Source: Podarcis tiliguerta | Lineage: Eukaryota | Length of the DNA: 64,000 bases | Reading direction: 5' to 3' (one strand) | NCBI GenBank assembly: GCA_965153285.1 | Contig: OZ229112.1 | In this document: positions 1-12,200 of the stretch, one piece after another | Layout: the number at the start of each line of letters is the position of its first letter | Numbering within the stretch: position 1 is the stretch's first letter | Position numbers and translations under genes: made by a program | Notes under the pieces: model-generated | The model's database searches: none | The model's input: only the letters and a program-made list of their open reading frames with translations | Told to the model about the DNA's origin: nothing

Positions 1-1528
1 TCTTTCTGAACAACTCCCTCTTACAGTGCTTTATTGTAAGTGGCTTATTAAATTTGAGGGAGTTTAGAAGTAGCACCCAGGTTTGGGAGAAGCTGCACTT
101 CAGGGTGGGGGAATGAAAAACATGAGAATTTCCTAGCGTGGTTTGCACATCATAATAAGTCAAACCACAGTTTACCGGAACTGTGCAAAAATAGGTTACT
201 CCTGGAGAAGAACTTGCAGTTGCATTGCTTTTCCTTTTAGCTTGGTGTAGCACAGCAGCTGAGGCATGTTTTCCGATCCCAGACAAGAGTTAAGCTTTTC
301 TCTTCCTTAACCACAAGACCAGAAGAAACATGTTATATATTTATAGAAACAGGGCCTTAGGTTTGCTTGCTTATGTGCATAAGAAATTTTGTGCATCCTT
401 TGTACAGCAACCTCTAGCTTGGTTCTGCCGCAAGACCATAGTTTTATTTTATTCTTAGATGTGTTGCAGTTTTTACAGCCTTTCCCCCCTCCTTTGTAGC
501 ACATTCTAAGCAAAATCTTGTAAGAACAAAATATATTTAGGCAGCACCACTGATTTGTGCAGCTCTGTTCTCTGTCTTAAAGTTGCATTATATCCTCTGT
601 TTTTGTGCCTGGATCTTCTATAGCTCTTGCATACAAACTTCTGTGCATTGAAATGTTGTTGGCCAGTTTCATTTCCATCCCCTTCTGCTCCATTAGATTC
701 CACTACGGAAGGCCTCCCAAACATCAGGGGTGGCTTTTTGGAGTGGGGAGAACAAGGGTGATTATGGAAAGCAGCCTAAAAAAACTCGGAGAATATCTGA
801 AAGAGTTTTCTGTGCTGCCCATCATAATTAAATTAATTAACACATTATCTCCATATTGTTTAGAGGTCTGACAGAAGAAGGTCCTTTTCAGAAGTAAAAA
901 TGAAAAAAAAAAAGCACACCATGTACTTGGAAAGTGAGCGGTTTATTTTGGGTGTGGCACATGTAGTGCTGGGAATTTTTCAAATGAATTATTCCCTCTC
1001 TTTCTGAGTTATTCGAGTGTTTCCTTCGGTGGCAAATACCCAGCTTCTCTGAAATCCCTTCCATAGAATGACTCACAGTGTTATGACTAAAGGCTGGGTC
1101 ATTTATCCCTTGAGGCACACTGTTGAGTATAATATTCCTATTGTATGCATGATGTCACAATTTGAAAGATTTTAGAATTTGCACAAGGTAGCATTTTTCT
1201 GTGAATGTTGAACATGGGGATATATATACATACACATACGTACTCAGGCTTGGTGCAGACATAGTGCCAGTGCCATTCATCTTTAAAGTCACAGTTATCC
1301 TTGTCCCGTAGCTTGTATGCCAGTTCTGCATAGTCCATCAATTTTTCTTGCCATGATTCTTTAGTTGGGGTTTCTTCCATCTTTGTGCTATTAAAACTCT
1401 TGCGGCCGTTGTCGTGTACATGAAGATGTTTTTGAGCTTTTTTGGCAGATCTTTCCCTACAATCCCTAACAGAAATGCTTCAGGTTATTAACATTTTTGA
1501 GAATTGCTTTAACCAACTTTTACTTTTA

Positions 1529-1581
1529 CATGGTGCAGCATTGCATATACACCTCTGGTGTATATGCAATGCTGCACCATG
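1529..1581. repeat. Perfect 25-bp inverted repeat with 3-nt loop
   Basis: CATGGTGCAGCATTGCATATACACC-tct-GGTGTATATGCAATGCTGCACCATG. Confidence 0.9.
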
Positions 1582-2457
1582 AGTAAGAAATATTAGTTTG
1601 AAATCGGTGACACAAGTACTTACAGTACCTTTGCAGTTAACAGCATTATTTTGTTGTGAAGAAAATCCAATCTTGCCCCCTCTTGGATGAAAACTTTGTT
1701 AGCTGCCCGTTTTCAGCCAGATAATCGTTGCTTCTGTTTTGTTGTTTTTTCTTTTCCCATGAACAGGCAAGGCTTGCATAACAACTTGCCCTTTCTTGTC
1801 CTGAAAAGTCAGCAGCTGAACAGGCATCATTTTGTGTTTTTCATCTCACGTTTTGCTTCATTACTATCGGCATGTGTGAAATGTCGTGGATTTCAGCAAA
1901 ATGAAAACAGCAGGCATCTGCTTTCAGTTATAAATGTTGTTTTTCCAATTCACTTAGTATATGCTATGATGTGAAATCATCCTTAATCTTTCCTCTGCGT
2001 TACTGTGACATAAAATATTAGTGCTTTTCAAGTTCACTCTTCTAACAATTCTTTGTAGTTCTTTATGTGCATTTTAAATCTGTAGAAAACATTATTGTTT
2101 TTCCTTTTCAGTTGAAGGAATTAATTTCACTTTAAATTCAAATGGGTGAGAGGGCTCTGTCGCAATAACTTTAGACTGAAGTCATGGGGAATAGCTTATT
2201 GATATTAAAGTCCTGAGTTTTTGTTGCATCTTTTGCTTGAGATCCCTCTTCTGTTTTAAGGAATTGGAATAGGTCTTCTACACAAAGGGAAACTTGCCGA
2301 AACGTGAACCCAAAATTGGGGAGCGAAATAAATTCAGGTTTACTCTGTGATTTCAATGGTCCCTAGAATTTGTATCTCATTAATTCTGTCAGCAGGGAAA
2401 TGAATAAGTCCCTGAAATTACCCCTGGTTACTTACCTCTTTTTATGTTCCCTTCTCT

Positions 2458-3918
2458 TTCTTAACAGATCTCTGGTTTTTCCCATTCTATTGTTTTCCTC
2501 TATTTCTTTGCATTGCTCGTTTAAGAAGGCCTTCTTGTCTCTCCTTGCTATTTTTTGGAAATCTGCATTCAATTTCCTGTATCTTTCCCTTGCATTTTGC
2601 TTGCCACTTTGCTTTCTTGCATTTCCTTTTCATTGGGATGGTTTTAGTTGCTGCCTCCTGTATAATGTTACGAGCCTCCATCCATAGTTCTTCAGGCACT
2701 CTGTCCACCAAATCTAAATCCTTAAACCTGTTCCTCACTTCCACTGTGTATTCATAAGGGATTTGACTTAGATTGTATCTTACTGGCCCAGTGGTTTTTC
2801 CTACTTTCTTAAGTTTAAGCTTGAATTTTGCTATAAGAAGCTGATGATCTGAGCCACAGTCAGCTCCAGGTCTTGTTTTTGCTGACTGTATAGAGCTTCT
2901 CCATCTTTGGCTGCAGAGAATATAATCAATCTGATTTCGATGCTGTCCATGTGTAGAGTCGTCTCTTGTGTTGTTGGAAAATAGTGTTTGTGATGACCAG
3001 CTTGTTATCTTGGCAGAACTCTATTAGCCTTTGCCCTGCTTCGTTTTGATCTCCAAGGCCAAATTTGCCAGTTGTTCCTTTTATCTCTTGACTCCCTACT
3101 TTAGCATTCCAATCCCCTATAATGAGAAGAACATCCTTCTTTGGTGTCATTTCTATAAGGTGTTGTAAGTCTTCATAGAATTGGTCAATTTCAGTTTCTT
3201 CAGCACCTGTAGTTGGTGCATAAACTTGGATTACTGTGATGTTAAAAGGTCTGCCTTGGATTCGTATCGAGATCATTCTATCATTTTTGAGATTGCATCC
3301 TAGTACAGCTTTTGACACTCTTTTGTTGACTATGAGGGCCACTCCATTTCTTTTACGGGATTCTTGCCCACAGTAGTAGATGTGATGGTCATCTGAACTG
3401 AATTCGCCCATTCCCGTCCATTTTAGTTCACTGATGCCCAGGATGTCAATATTTATTCTTGCCATTTCACTTTTGACCACATCCAACTTACCCAGGTTCA
3501 TGGTTCTTACATTCCAGGTTCCTATGCAATATTTTTCTTTACAGCATTGGACTTTCCTTTCGCTTACAGGCATATCCGCAATTGAGCGTCCTTTCGGCTT
3601 TGGCCCAGCCGCTTCATCAGCTCTGAATCTACTTGTGCTTGTCCTCCGCTCTTCCGCAGTAGCATGTTGGACGCCTTCCGACCTGAGGGGCTCATCTTCC
3701 AGCATCATAACTTTTATATGCCTGTTGTCTTTGTCCATGGAGTTTTCTTGGCAGGGATACTGGAATGGCTTGCCGGTTCCTGCTCCAGGTGGATCACGTT
3801 TGGTCAAAACTCTCCACTATGACCTGTCCATCTTGGGTAGCCCTGCACAGCATAGCTCATAGCTTCTCTGAATTATTCAAGCCCCTTCGCCACGGCAAGG
3901 CAGTGATCCATGAAGGGG
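2458..3918 (-). mobile_element. RTE-BovB LINE fragment (5' region, AP-endonuclease domain and linker; RT absent; frameshifted)
   Basis: IGTWNVRTMN, ILGISELKW, VYAPT, IIGDWNAKVG and, after the frameshift, NQIDYIL...GADCGSDH; typical BovB sequence (KNDRMIS, DRVPEELW). Confidence 0.93.
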
Positions 3919-4243
3919 TATACAGCCTTAGGGTTTTCTTAATTTCCTGGCTGCTGCTATGCTACTTATACCACTGGAGATTGGCTTTGCTGAGTCAGTC
4001 TAGCCAGACATCAGTCTTTAAAGAATTCAGAGCGTTATAGTCCTATTGATGGAGTAACTGATTGAGAGGTGGTATTGATGGACCTTGCCAAAACTGAGAC
4101 ATGCAGACAGTATGTGGACCTCTAGAAGAGATGTTCCTCTAATTGTGAATGTTAAAAAGAGACTGTGTGAAGACCAGACAATGTAAGATCTAAGGAATAA
4201 TTTAACTCTAGGTGCATCATTATACAGACCTCGTAGAAGTAAG

Positions 4244-4300
4244 GTGCTGGACTAGATGGGTTATTGGCATGATCCAGCAGCCTTCTCTTATGTTATTATG
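4244..4300 (+). mobile_element. CR1 LINE 3'-end fragment
   Basis: ggactagatgg...tgatccagcag...cttatgttattatg tail. Confidence 0.5.
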
Positions 4301-4665
4301 AAGGGCAGTTAGCCCAACCCTTTACAGGATCGCAACACATTTAACTCGCATTCATTTAATAAAATATCCCCATGAGATTTGCCCTATCCCTAGCAGAGAG
4401 ATGAGACTGCAGAGTTAGGGTTTAGAAAAGAACTGAAATGACCAAGGTATCCACTATTTTTTGCAAATAATTTGATTTGAGGGAAAATTCCTTCCTGAAG
4501 CTGAATATTGAAACAGGTTGCATCCCAGGTATGGAGGAAAAACACCTCCTTTAACTCAATGAAAGAGTCATATCCTTCATAAATGCATCCACTGAAATTA
4601 ATGAAGATCTTACCTACCACAGTATTTTCCAAAATCAAACTTAAAAGATTGTTTTTGTCTTGCAG

Positions 4666-4778
4666 GCCGGACCTGATAGACATGAATACCGTTGCTGTTC
4701 AAAGCAACCTTGCAAATTTAGAGCATGCTTTTTTTGTAGCAGAAAAACTTGGTGTTGCCAGACTTCTGGACCCCGAAG
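4666..4778 (+). CDS. DST: DST exon, CH2 domain ([10 protein letters not shown]...RLLDPE)
   Basis: tgcag| acceptor, |gtgagt donor; calponin-homology motif. Confidence 0.95.
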
Positions 4779-7700
4779 GTGAGTTTGTGAATGGGATCCT
4801 TAGTAGATCATAGCATCAGACTGCATTGGAATTGTAACGCTCTAATGTACGTATGGTGGACATTAGCTGTGTCATGTCTTGTTTTAGATGTTGATGTCTC
4901 CTCGCCTGATGAGAAGTCAGTAATCACTTATGTGTCATCACTTTATGATGCATTTCCCAAAGTACCAGAAGGTGGTGAAGGCATCAGTGCACATGTAAGT
5001 AAGAGATTAGCAATTATAAACTACGTTCACATACAAAACAAGCTTGTCATGGAGAAGGGTTAATTTCACTGGCAATTGTAAAGAAAAGAGGATATTATCT
5101 GATTGTTGGGATTTGGACATTCGAATCTGGCTTGGTAGTATGTGAGTAGTCTGTGCAGCTGATTTTACAATTGTGTCACCTTTTGTTGGTCATGTGCCTC
5201 CATCAGAAATCTGACCACCACATTCTCCACCAGCTGGAGCTCCAACACCAGGCTCAAGGGAAGCCCTACATAGAGTCCATTGCAGAAATCGCGCCCTGAG
5301 GTTACCAAGTACATAGACTACAGTGGTCAAACTATCCCAGGCTAGGAACTGCCATAACTGGTGGATGTGATAAAGCTAAGTTGTTGCAGTGGGTCAGTGT
5401 ATCTGGCTGTTAATCAGAAGGTTGGTGGTTTGAGCCTACCCAGGGACAGCTGTGGGCAGGATTCCTGTATCGCAAGGAGTTGGAATAGCTGACCTTTTGA
5501 TTCTATGGTAAAAGGCACACCTAGTCACATGGGACACTTGTGTCTCTAGTGATAGAGATCTATCCAGGAGTACCTATTCACTTCCTCCTTTAGAGGGAGT
5601 GTGACTCTGTCCAGAACGAGCATGTTGCCCCATCTCTTAGACATGGGACCTACGCATCCAAAGCACAGTTTATTGACCCCATAACACAGGTGCCAACTCA
5701 TGATACATGGTTGGTAGGGGCATGAAATGAATAGAAGCAAAGGAGAAATTACAGCTGGGCCTAAACATCGTATTCAGTGCAGCGATGGGAAGGAGATGGA
5801 TATACAGATAAGGGAGATATGAAGAACTGGGGGTTTTGGGAGCAGGAGCTAAAGAAGCATATGGCTGATGTAGAATCTGAATACTAAGAGTAGCATAGAA
5901 AGGGGATTGTGCTAGGTTTGAATTGTGGGCTTCTTCCATCACTGCAGCATTACAACTAGGGAACTCAGTAGGAGCACGAAGGGCCAAGAGAGAGAGATGG
6001 CTATAGGACTCACTATCCTGTTCTGAGTTGGCGTAGCGGCCCATCAGATCTGTTGCTGTAGGCTTCCAGTGCTACAAAATGCTTTGATAGAACTTTATTC
6101 CTACTTACTTACTAGGATGTTGAAGTCAAGTGGGTTGAATACCAGAATATGGTGAACTACCTCATCCAGTGGATCAGGCACCATGCCACGATGATGACTG
6201 ACAGAGCGTTTCCAAACAATCCTGTGGAACTCAAGGTGATGTTTACATTATCAAGATACAGAATAAAGTGCATTCTGTATTAATTCTTTTAGAGGGATCA
6301 CCTACCTATTTAGAGAATGATTTACAAGCTCTATACAAATTAGTAACAGCCTACTCATACTCGCTTGTGTGCCACTGCTGGAGCACATAATATTGGGCTC
6401 AAGAATTCTCAACTCTTTCCCTCAGATGCAGCCTGTCTCCTGTCCAACTACAGCACTGATTCTTAGTCCAACCTCACTCATAGCTAGGAAACAATCCATA
6501 CATTCAGAGGAAAAGCATTGGTAGGGCTTTCCTGGGAGTGTGGGTGGTAGTGCAAGTTGCATAATTGAATGCATCCCAGAATAAAAACATTTCGTTGATG
6601 GGAAGCTAGCATGTCAGAGAGAAGGCTAAGCCTTCTATTGGTCATGTTAGTTTTATTAATTAAATGCATAAATCCCCCTTCCTCCCAGAGGAGCTCAAAT
6701 AAAGTTTACCATAAACAGAGTTTTTACACAATGGGTAGTCAGCGATACAGCTATCTTCTGACCTTGTAGATTTTGACCCTCAGTCGCCCCATGCAGGTAA
6801 AAAGCTTACCAGGTCTTGGCCAGTTACACATTGTGGCCTTTGGGCTCCTAGAAAATTGGGAAGAAGACGCAGTCCTGTTGTACAGCTTCCATGTCAGTAT
6901 TGAGCAGCACAGGGGATTCCCCTGGCTTGGAGGCAATGGGATGGAATTTTAACTGAGGCTGCATGAACCATTGCCCCATCTAACTCATAGTTTGGGGTCT
7001 GGACTGTCAAGTCACATTCTGAAGAAAGAAATTGAACAGAATTCTGTGCCAGCTGCTGTTTTCTGGATTGAAACCATGAATGCCAGTGCTCAAGACAGTC
7101 AGTATTACATTTGAATTTAAGGCATGGGGATGCCAAGTGAAGGTTGAATTAGGCACTTGACAGTTTAATTCTCCTCTTCCCATTGTAAATCTAAGAAGGG
7201 GTTTGGTTGGGATAGTGAGTAAACCCACACAAACTGGTTCCACACTTATGGGCATGAAAAGATTTTCAAAAGCTTCAGCAGACCAACAGTTCTGAGTAAA
7301 TAGTAAAACAGTATATTTTAGAAACATGACAGCAATGCTTGTTTGTTTTTCTTTAGGCACTTTATAACCAATATTTACAATTTAAAGAAACAGAAATTCC
7401 ACCAAAGGAGATAGAGAAATCAAAAATCAAACACCTATATAAATTACTGGAGGTAAGCCATTTTTTTTTAATGGGTTTTCGAATGCTGGTCTTGTTTCCT
7501 TTTATCTTGGCTTTATGTAATCATTCCTTGTTTTGAAGGTTTGGATAGAATTTGGGCGTATCAAGCTTCCTCAAGGTTACCACCCCAATGACATAGAGAA
7601 AGAGTGGGGGAAGCTAATTATTGCTATGTTGGAAAGAGAAAAAACACTTCGACCAGAAGTTGAAAGGTATGTTGGTATTTTTGTTTTACAAGCTTGCTTC

Positions 7701-9193
7701 TCTGCCTGCTCGTTTGAAAATGGCCAGTGCAGTATTTTGCGAAATGGACAAGGGCACTTCTATTAGAATACTTTAAATCAACTTTAGGTACATTGGCAAG
7801 TTAGAATCTGATTTGATAGGCTCAACCATTTATTATAAGAAATCCATCCAAACCTAAGCTTAATTTTATTACTAGGGTCTGCACCCCTGCTTGCTCTGCT
7901 TGCCAGCCCCCCTGCCACTTCCCCCCACATTAATTTCCCAATCCACACAGCTGCTAAGCTTACTATTCACCTTCCCAACCCCATTTCTGAAGCCACTTCT
8001 TTCTTCTGTTCTGCAGTCCCTCCTTGCTCTCCTGTTTTCACCTTTGCTCCCATGCCCATGTCTTCTCTCACCCTTTTGTGCAAGCCCGCTTGCACACAAG
8101 GTACCCCTGAGATAATCTCTTGCATGTCCTCTTCCCACAAATTACTGCTAAGCACCCTTTCCACCTTCCGGCCAACTATGAAGCCACTGTCCTTTCCTGC
8201 TCTGCAGATTATTTCATGCCCCTGCTTACCTCTTTGTCCCATTCCAATGCCTCCTACTCCTTTCTTTCTTTTTTTTTTTGCAGCCCCTTGTGCATTCCCA
8301 TTTTCACCTTCACTCTGTTTTTTTCTTCCACCCTCCTTCCATTTTTCAGTGCTTCTTTGCGAACAGATCACCCCCCCCAACATAGCCGTGCCTTCTCTGA
8401 ATTCCTGTTTTGTAGCCCCTTTGCACATACCCACACCACTTTCACCTTCGCCTTCTTTTTCCTCCATCTTTTTTTCAACTCTCACTTGCACACAGACCAC
8501 CCCTCTTTCCGTGTCTCTTCCTCTCCTATACGGCAGCCCCTTTTGCACACACAACCCATCATGATATATGTTACTGTATCTTTAAGATGAGTAGATTAAT
8601 AAAAGCAATCCTATCAACTATTGAGATCAGGTGCCTTCACTGTACTCTTTTCGGCGCCTGCTGAAAACATGGTTGTTTAGACAAGCTTACCCAGATGCTT
8701 AGAAAGTTGAGGTAATTTAATCTGTTTTAGTATTTTGTATGTTTTAAAGTTTGGGTGTGAGTTTTGATTTTCTTGTTTTATATTATTGTAAACGGTTTTG
8801 AGGCTTTTCACAATCGAGCAGTGTATACATTTTATGAAATTAAATAAATTAATTAACTTGTTTCGTTAGGCAGCCTTTTTCAGCCTTAGGTCTCTAGACA
8901 TTGTTGGACTACAACTCCCATCATTCCTAAACATCATGAGCAGTGTTCAGGGATTATGGTTGTTGTAGTTCAAGAACATCTGAGGACCGAAAGTTGAGAA
9001 AGGCTGAGTTAGGGGATGCTAAGTTCAGTTGGTGGGTGTTGTACATATATGTGTGTTTTCTGGAAATAAAAAGCATTTCTTAATTACTACATTGAATCCG
9101 GAACTTCATGTTAAAGATAACATGGTTGCAGGAGTGAAATGCATGACAGTGAGATTGTGCTTTGTAATATTTGACGGTTCCGCATCCTTCCTA

Positions 9194-9225
<32 letters not shown>

Positions 9226-12200
9226 TCTCTATCTATCTATCTATCTATCAATCATCTATCTGTCACATGATGCATTGGAGGAATGGAAGTGGGAGAAGGT
9301 TGAAAGTTCATTTTTCCCCCTTTCAGTAACCTTCTCGCTCTATTCTAACAACCATAGAGGTTTGAGTAAAGTGGTTGTGGAGAGACACTGAGATGACAGT
9401 TGTGGATTTAAACCAGGCATAGGCAAATTCGGCCCTCCAGATGTTTTGAGACTACAGTTCCCATCATCTCTTACCACTGGTCCTGTTAGCTAGGGATGAT
9501 GGGAGGTGTAGTCCCAAAACAGCTGGAGGGCTGAGTTTGCCTATGCCTGATTTAAACTATGGTAGAGGTTTAAGTAAAGCTAGCTTTTGTAGTAGGAGCC
9601 AAGCAGGGCTTTGCTCACGAGGATTTGCTGTGCAAGGGGTGAAAGCAACATGGGAATAAAAGAACTAAGCCCTTCCCATCTCTTTCAGTTGCAGCTTTCA
9701 TCCTCCACTTGCTTTACAGAGGTTTCAGTGGTGATGGAGGGAAGAAGGACTTGTACTTAAGAAAGATGAGGCTGTGTATTAAGAGAACTGTAGTTGCCTT
9801 AGTGTGTGGGAGAGGAGAAAATGCCAGTCCCTAAGAGTAGGAATCTAGTCTTATAAATGATGGAGCATGCGCATGTATGCTCTACTTGCTAAGTCAGTTT
9901 CAATATAAAATGGACTTCCCAAATGATCAATTGCTTCCCATTGTTCATATAAGCAGTTTGGGATCCCATTTTCCAAATGGTTTTTCATTGTGATAAAGCC
10001 CTTTCATGGTGACTTGAACACAATTGTTTTCACATTAAATAAATATTAGGTCTCTTTCACAAATCTTCTTGACCTCACAAAAGTGGTGCTGAAGTCAATA
10101 GATAGGGAGCTGACATGTCACAGGATCATATAGCAATAAGTTCGTAGCATACTTTAATGCAGACATGGATCACAGGCACCCATGCACCCGGAGTTAACAC
10201 GTGTAGTTACATGCTGTTCAGCAGTCAGTATGATTTTTTTCCGCCAAGCATGCAAGGGCCAAATAGCAAGCCAGCACAGTCTTTTAAGGAAAAGCTGAAC
10301 TTGTTTATAGCTTCAAGCAGCAATGGCGTGATATGGGTGGGGTTTTATAGAACATTAAATAATTGAATAATAGGAGTAAGAATGAAGCTCTCTACCTTTT
10401 AGAGAAGACAGTGTGCAGGCATCATCCTTGAGGAAGATCCCAGCTGCTCATTTACCATTTGAAACATGAATAAGAATTGAGATTTTCTGTGAGCTGAAAG
10501 CTAAAGAATGCCATTGGATTTCATTTTTGACATTAACATGATTACTGATTGCCAGGAGGAGGTAAAATACATATACCAACTTTGGCAAACATTCTGAATT
10601 ACACACACACACAACCCATAGTGATGAAGCAGTCCAAATAATTGATTCACTGTCACATTTTAAACCACGGTATCTCCATTAAATTCAACAAAGTGGCATC
10701 AATATGTCAAGGCAGGCACTAATTTTCCTATTTAGAAGATAATGATTAATCGTAATATTTTGACCTGATTTTTTAAAATTAATAAATGCATGTTGTATGT
10801 ACTTAAAGTGAACAAACCACACATACTTAATTTTAGTTCTTTCCAGCGGTGGCTATGTATAGTTTTAAGAGGGACATGGCTAGAGCATAAGCTTTAATAC
10901 TGTTTATAGCAAATGCCTAGACTGCTGTGTATGTGGCCAATGGATGTTTTGGGAGCAGTATTTCTGAAGCAAACTGGGTATGGACCTGGATGAGAAACTA
11001 CTGAAAAACCTATGCTAAGTGTAGGGAGACTAAAGGTTGTGAAACTGTTGAAGGGGAGTTCCCTCCCCAGTCCTCAAATCGTTTAGTTTGTTGAAATTGG
11101 ATGAGACTTACATAAAATATTTGGCATCCCTCTTTCCGAGTGAACACCCTAATGATTCTGATTAGTCCATACTTGCACAGGCAATTCAAGCTACAGAAGC
11201 CAAGCCCACATTGGCATATATAGCTGAAGGCGAAGTCTTCTGAAGAGGAATGAGAATGTTACTTGCAGGGCTTTGAATATGCATGCTGAGACCTATTTAA
11301 GGATGCAGAGCTTGGTTTTTGTTCTTAAAGCCATCTAGTCCCTGGAAGCTGTATGTTTTTGCAGGCATTTTGTCTTCTCGACTTTTTAAATGACCAGCGG
11401 GATAGCTTTCTAGCTGTAAAAAAATGAATGCGAACAGTTACGGCTACCACAGCAGTGACTCTGTATTTAGTAACAGCACTAGCACCCGGACCAGCATTGA
11501 TTCCAATGAAAACTTCTTGTCTGTTAACTGTGGTCCAACCCTTGTTAATTCTTGTATAAGCTTTGGCAATGGTCCCAACGAAGGAACCAGGTAAGTGCCG
11601 GTATTATTCTGCAGAATGTGGTGCGTTTTTATCTGGTAGCAGAATCGAGATGTTAATGACCAGCCCCATGTGATTTGTCTTAACTTCTGACTTCTTTTAG
11701 GTTAGAAATGCTGCAGCAGATTGCAAACAGAATTCAGCGAGACAGCCTGGGCTGCGAAGACAAACTAATACTTGCTCGAAATGCTGTGCAATCAGTAAGT
11801 GTATTTGGATAGCTAGTTTCTTGTCTCTTTATCTGTATAAAAAAGCCCCAGCATAGACCACTCGATAAAGGGGTGGAGTTGAAGCTGCAAAATCTGGATT
11901 AAAATTCTTGCACAGACATGTACTTCCTGGGTGACCAGTACCAAATCACCATCTGTTGGCTTGATGTCTTCTGTTTGTATAACTGGAATTACCACAATGT
12001 CTCTTGGAATTATGAGGACAAGAAGAATACCTCTTTGTTGGTTGGCAGGGGCTAGAACATACTGGGATATCCTAGAAAAGCATGCAAATTATTTCCTCAG
12101 TCGTGTAAAATGGAGGTGGAAGCTGATGTTAATAAGTGGCAGACAAAATGGACAGGCTTAAAGAATGTTAAATGTTTTAAATTCATACACTTGTTGGATT

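Noticed and set aside
1-4665. Additional upstream DST (CH-domain) exons
   Set aside because: I recognised no peptide matching the preceding CH2 exon. The region appears intronic, although a small or non-coding exon cannot be excluded by eye.
7872-8590. Several overlapping 74-195 aa ORFs on both strands
   Set aside because: Strongly C/T-skewed low-complexity intronic tract that lacks stops by composition. It has no domain or splice support and is probably a degenerate repeat of unknown family.
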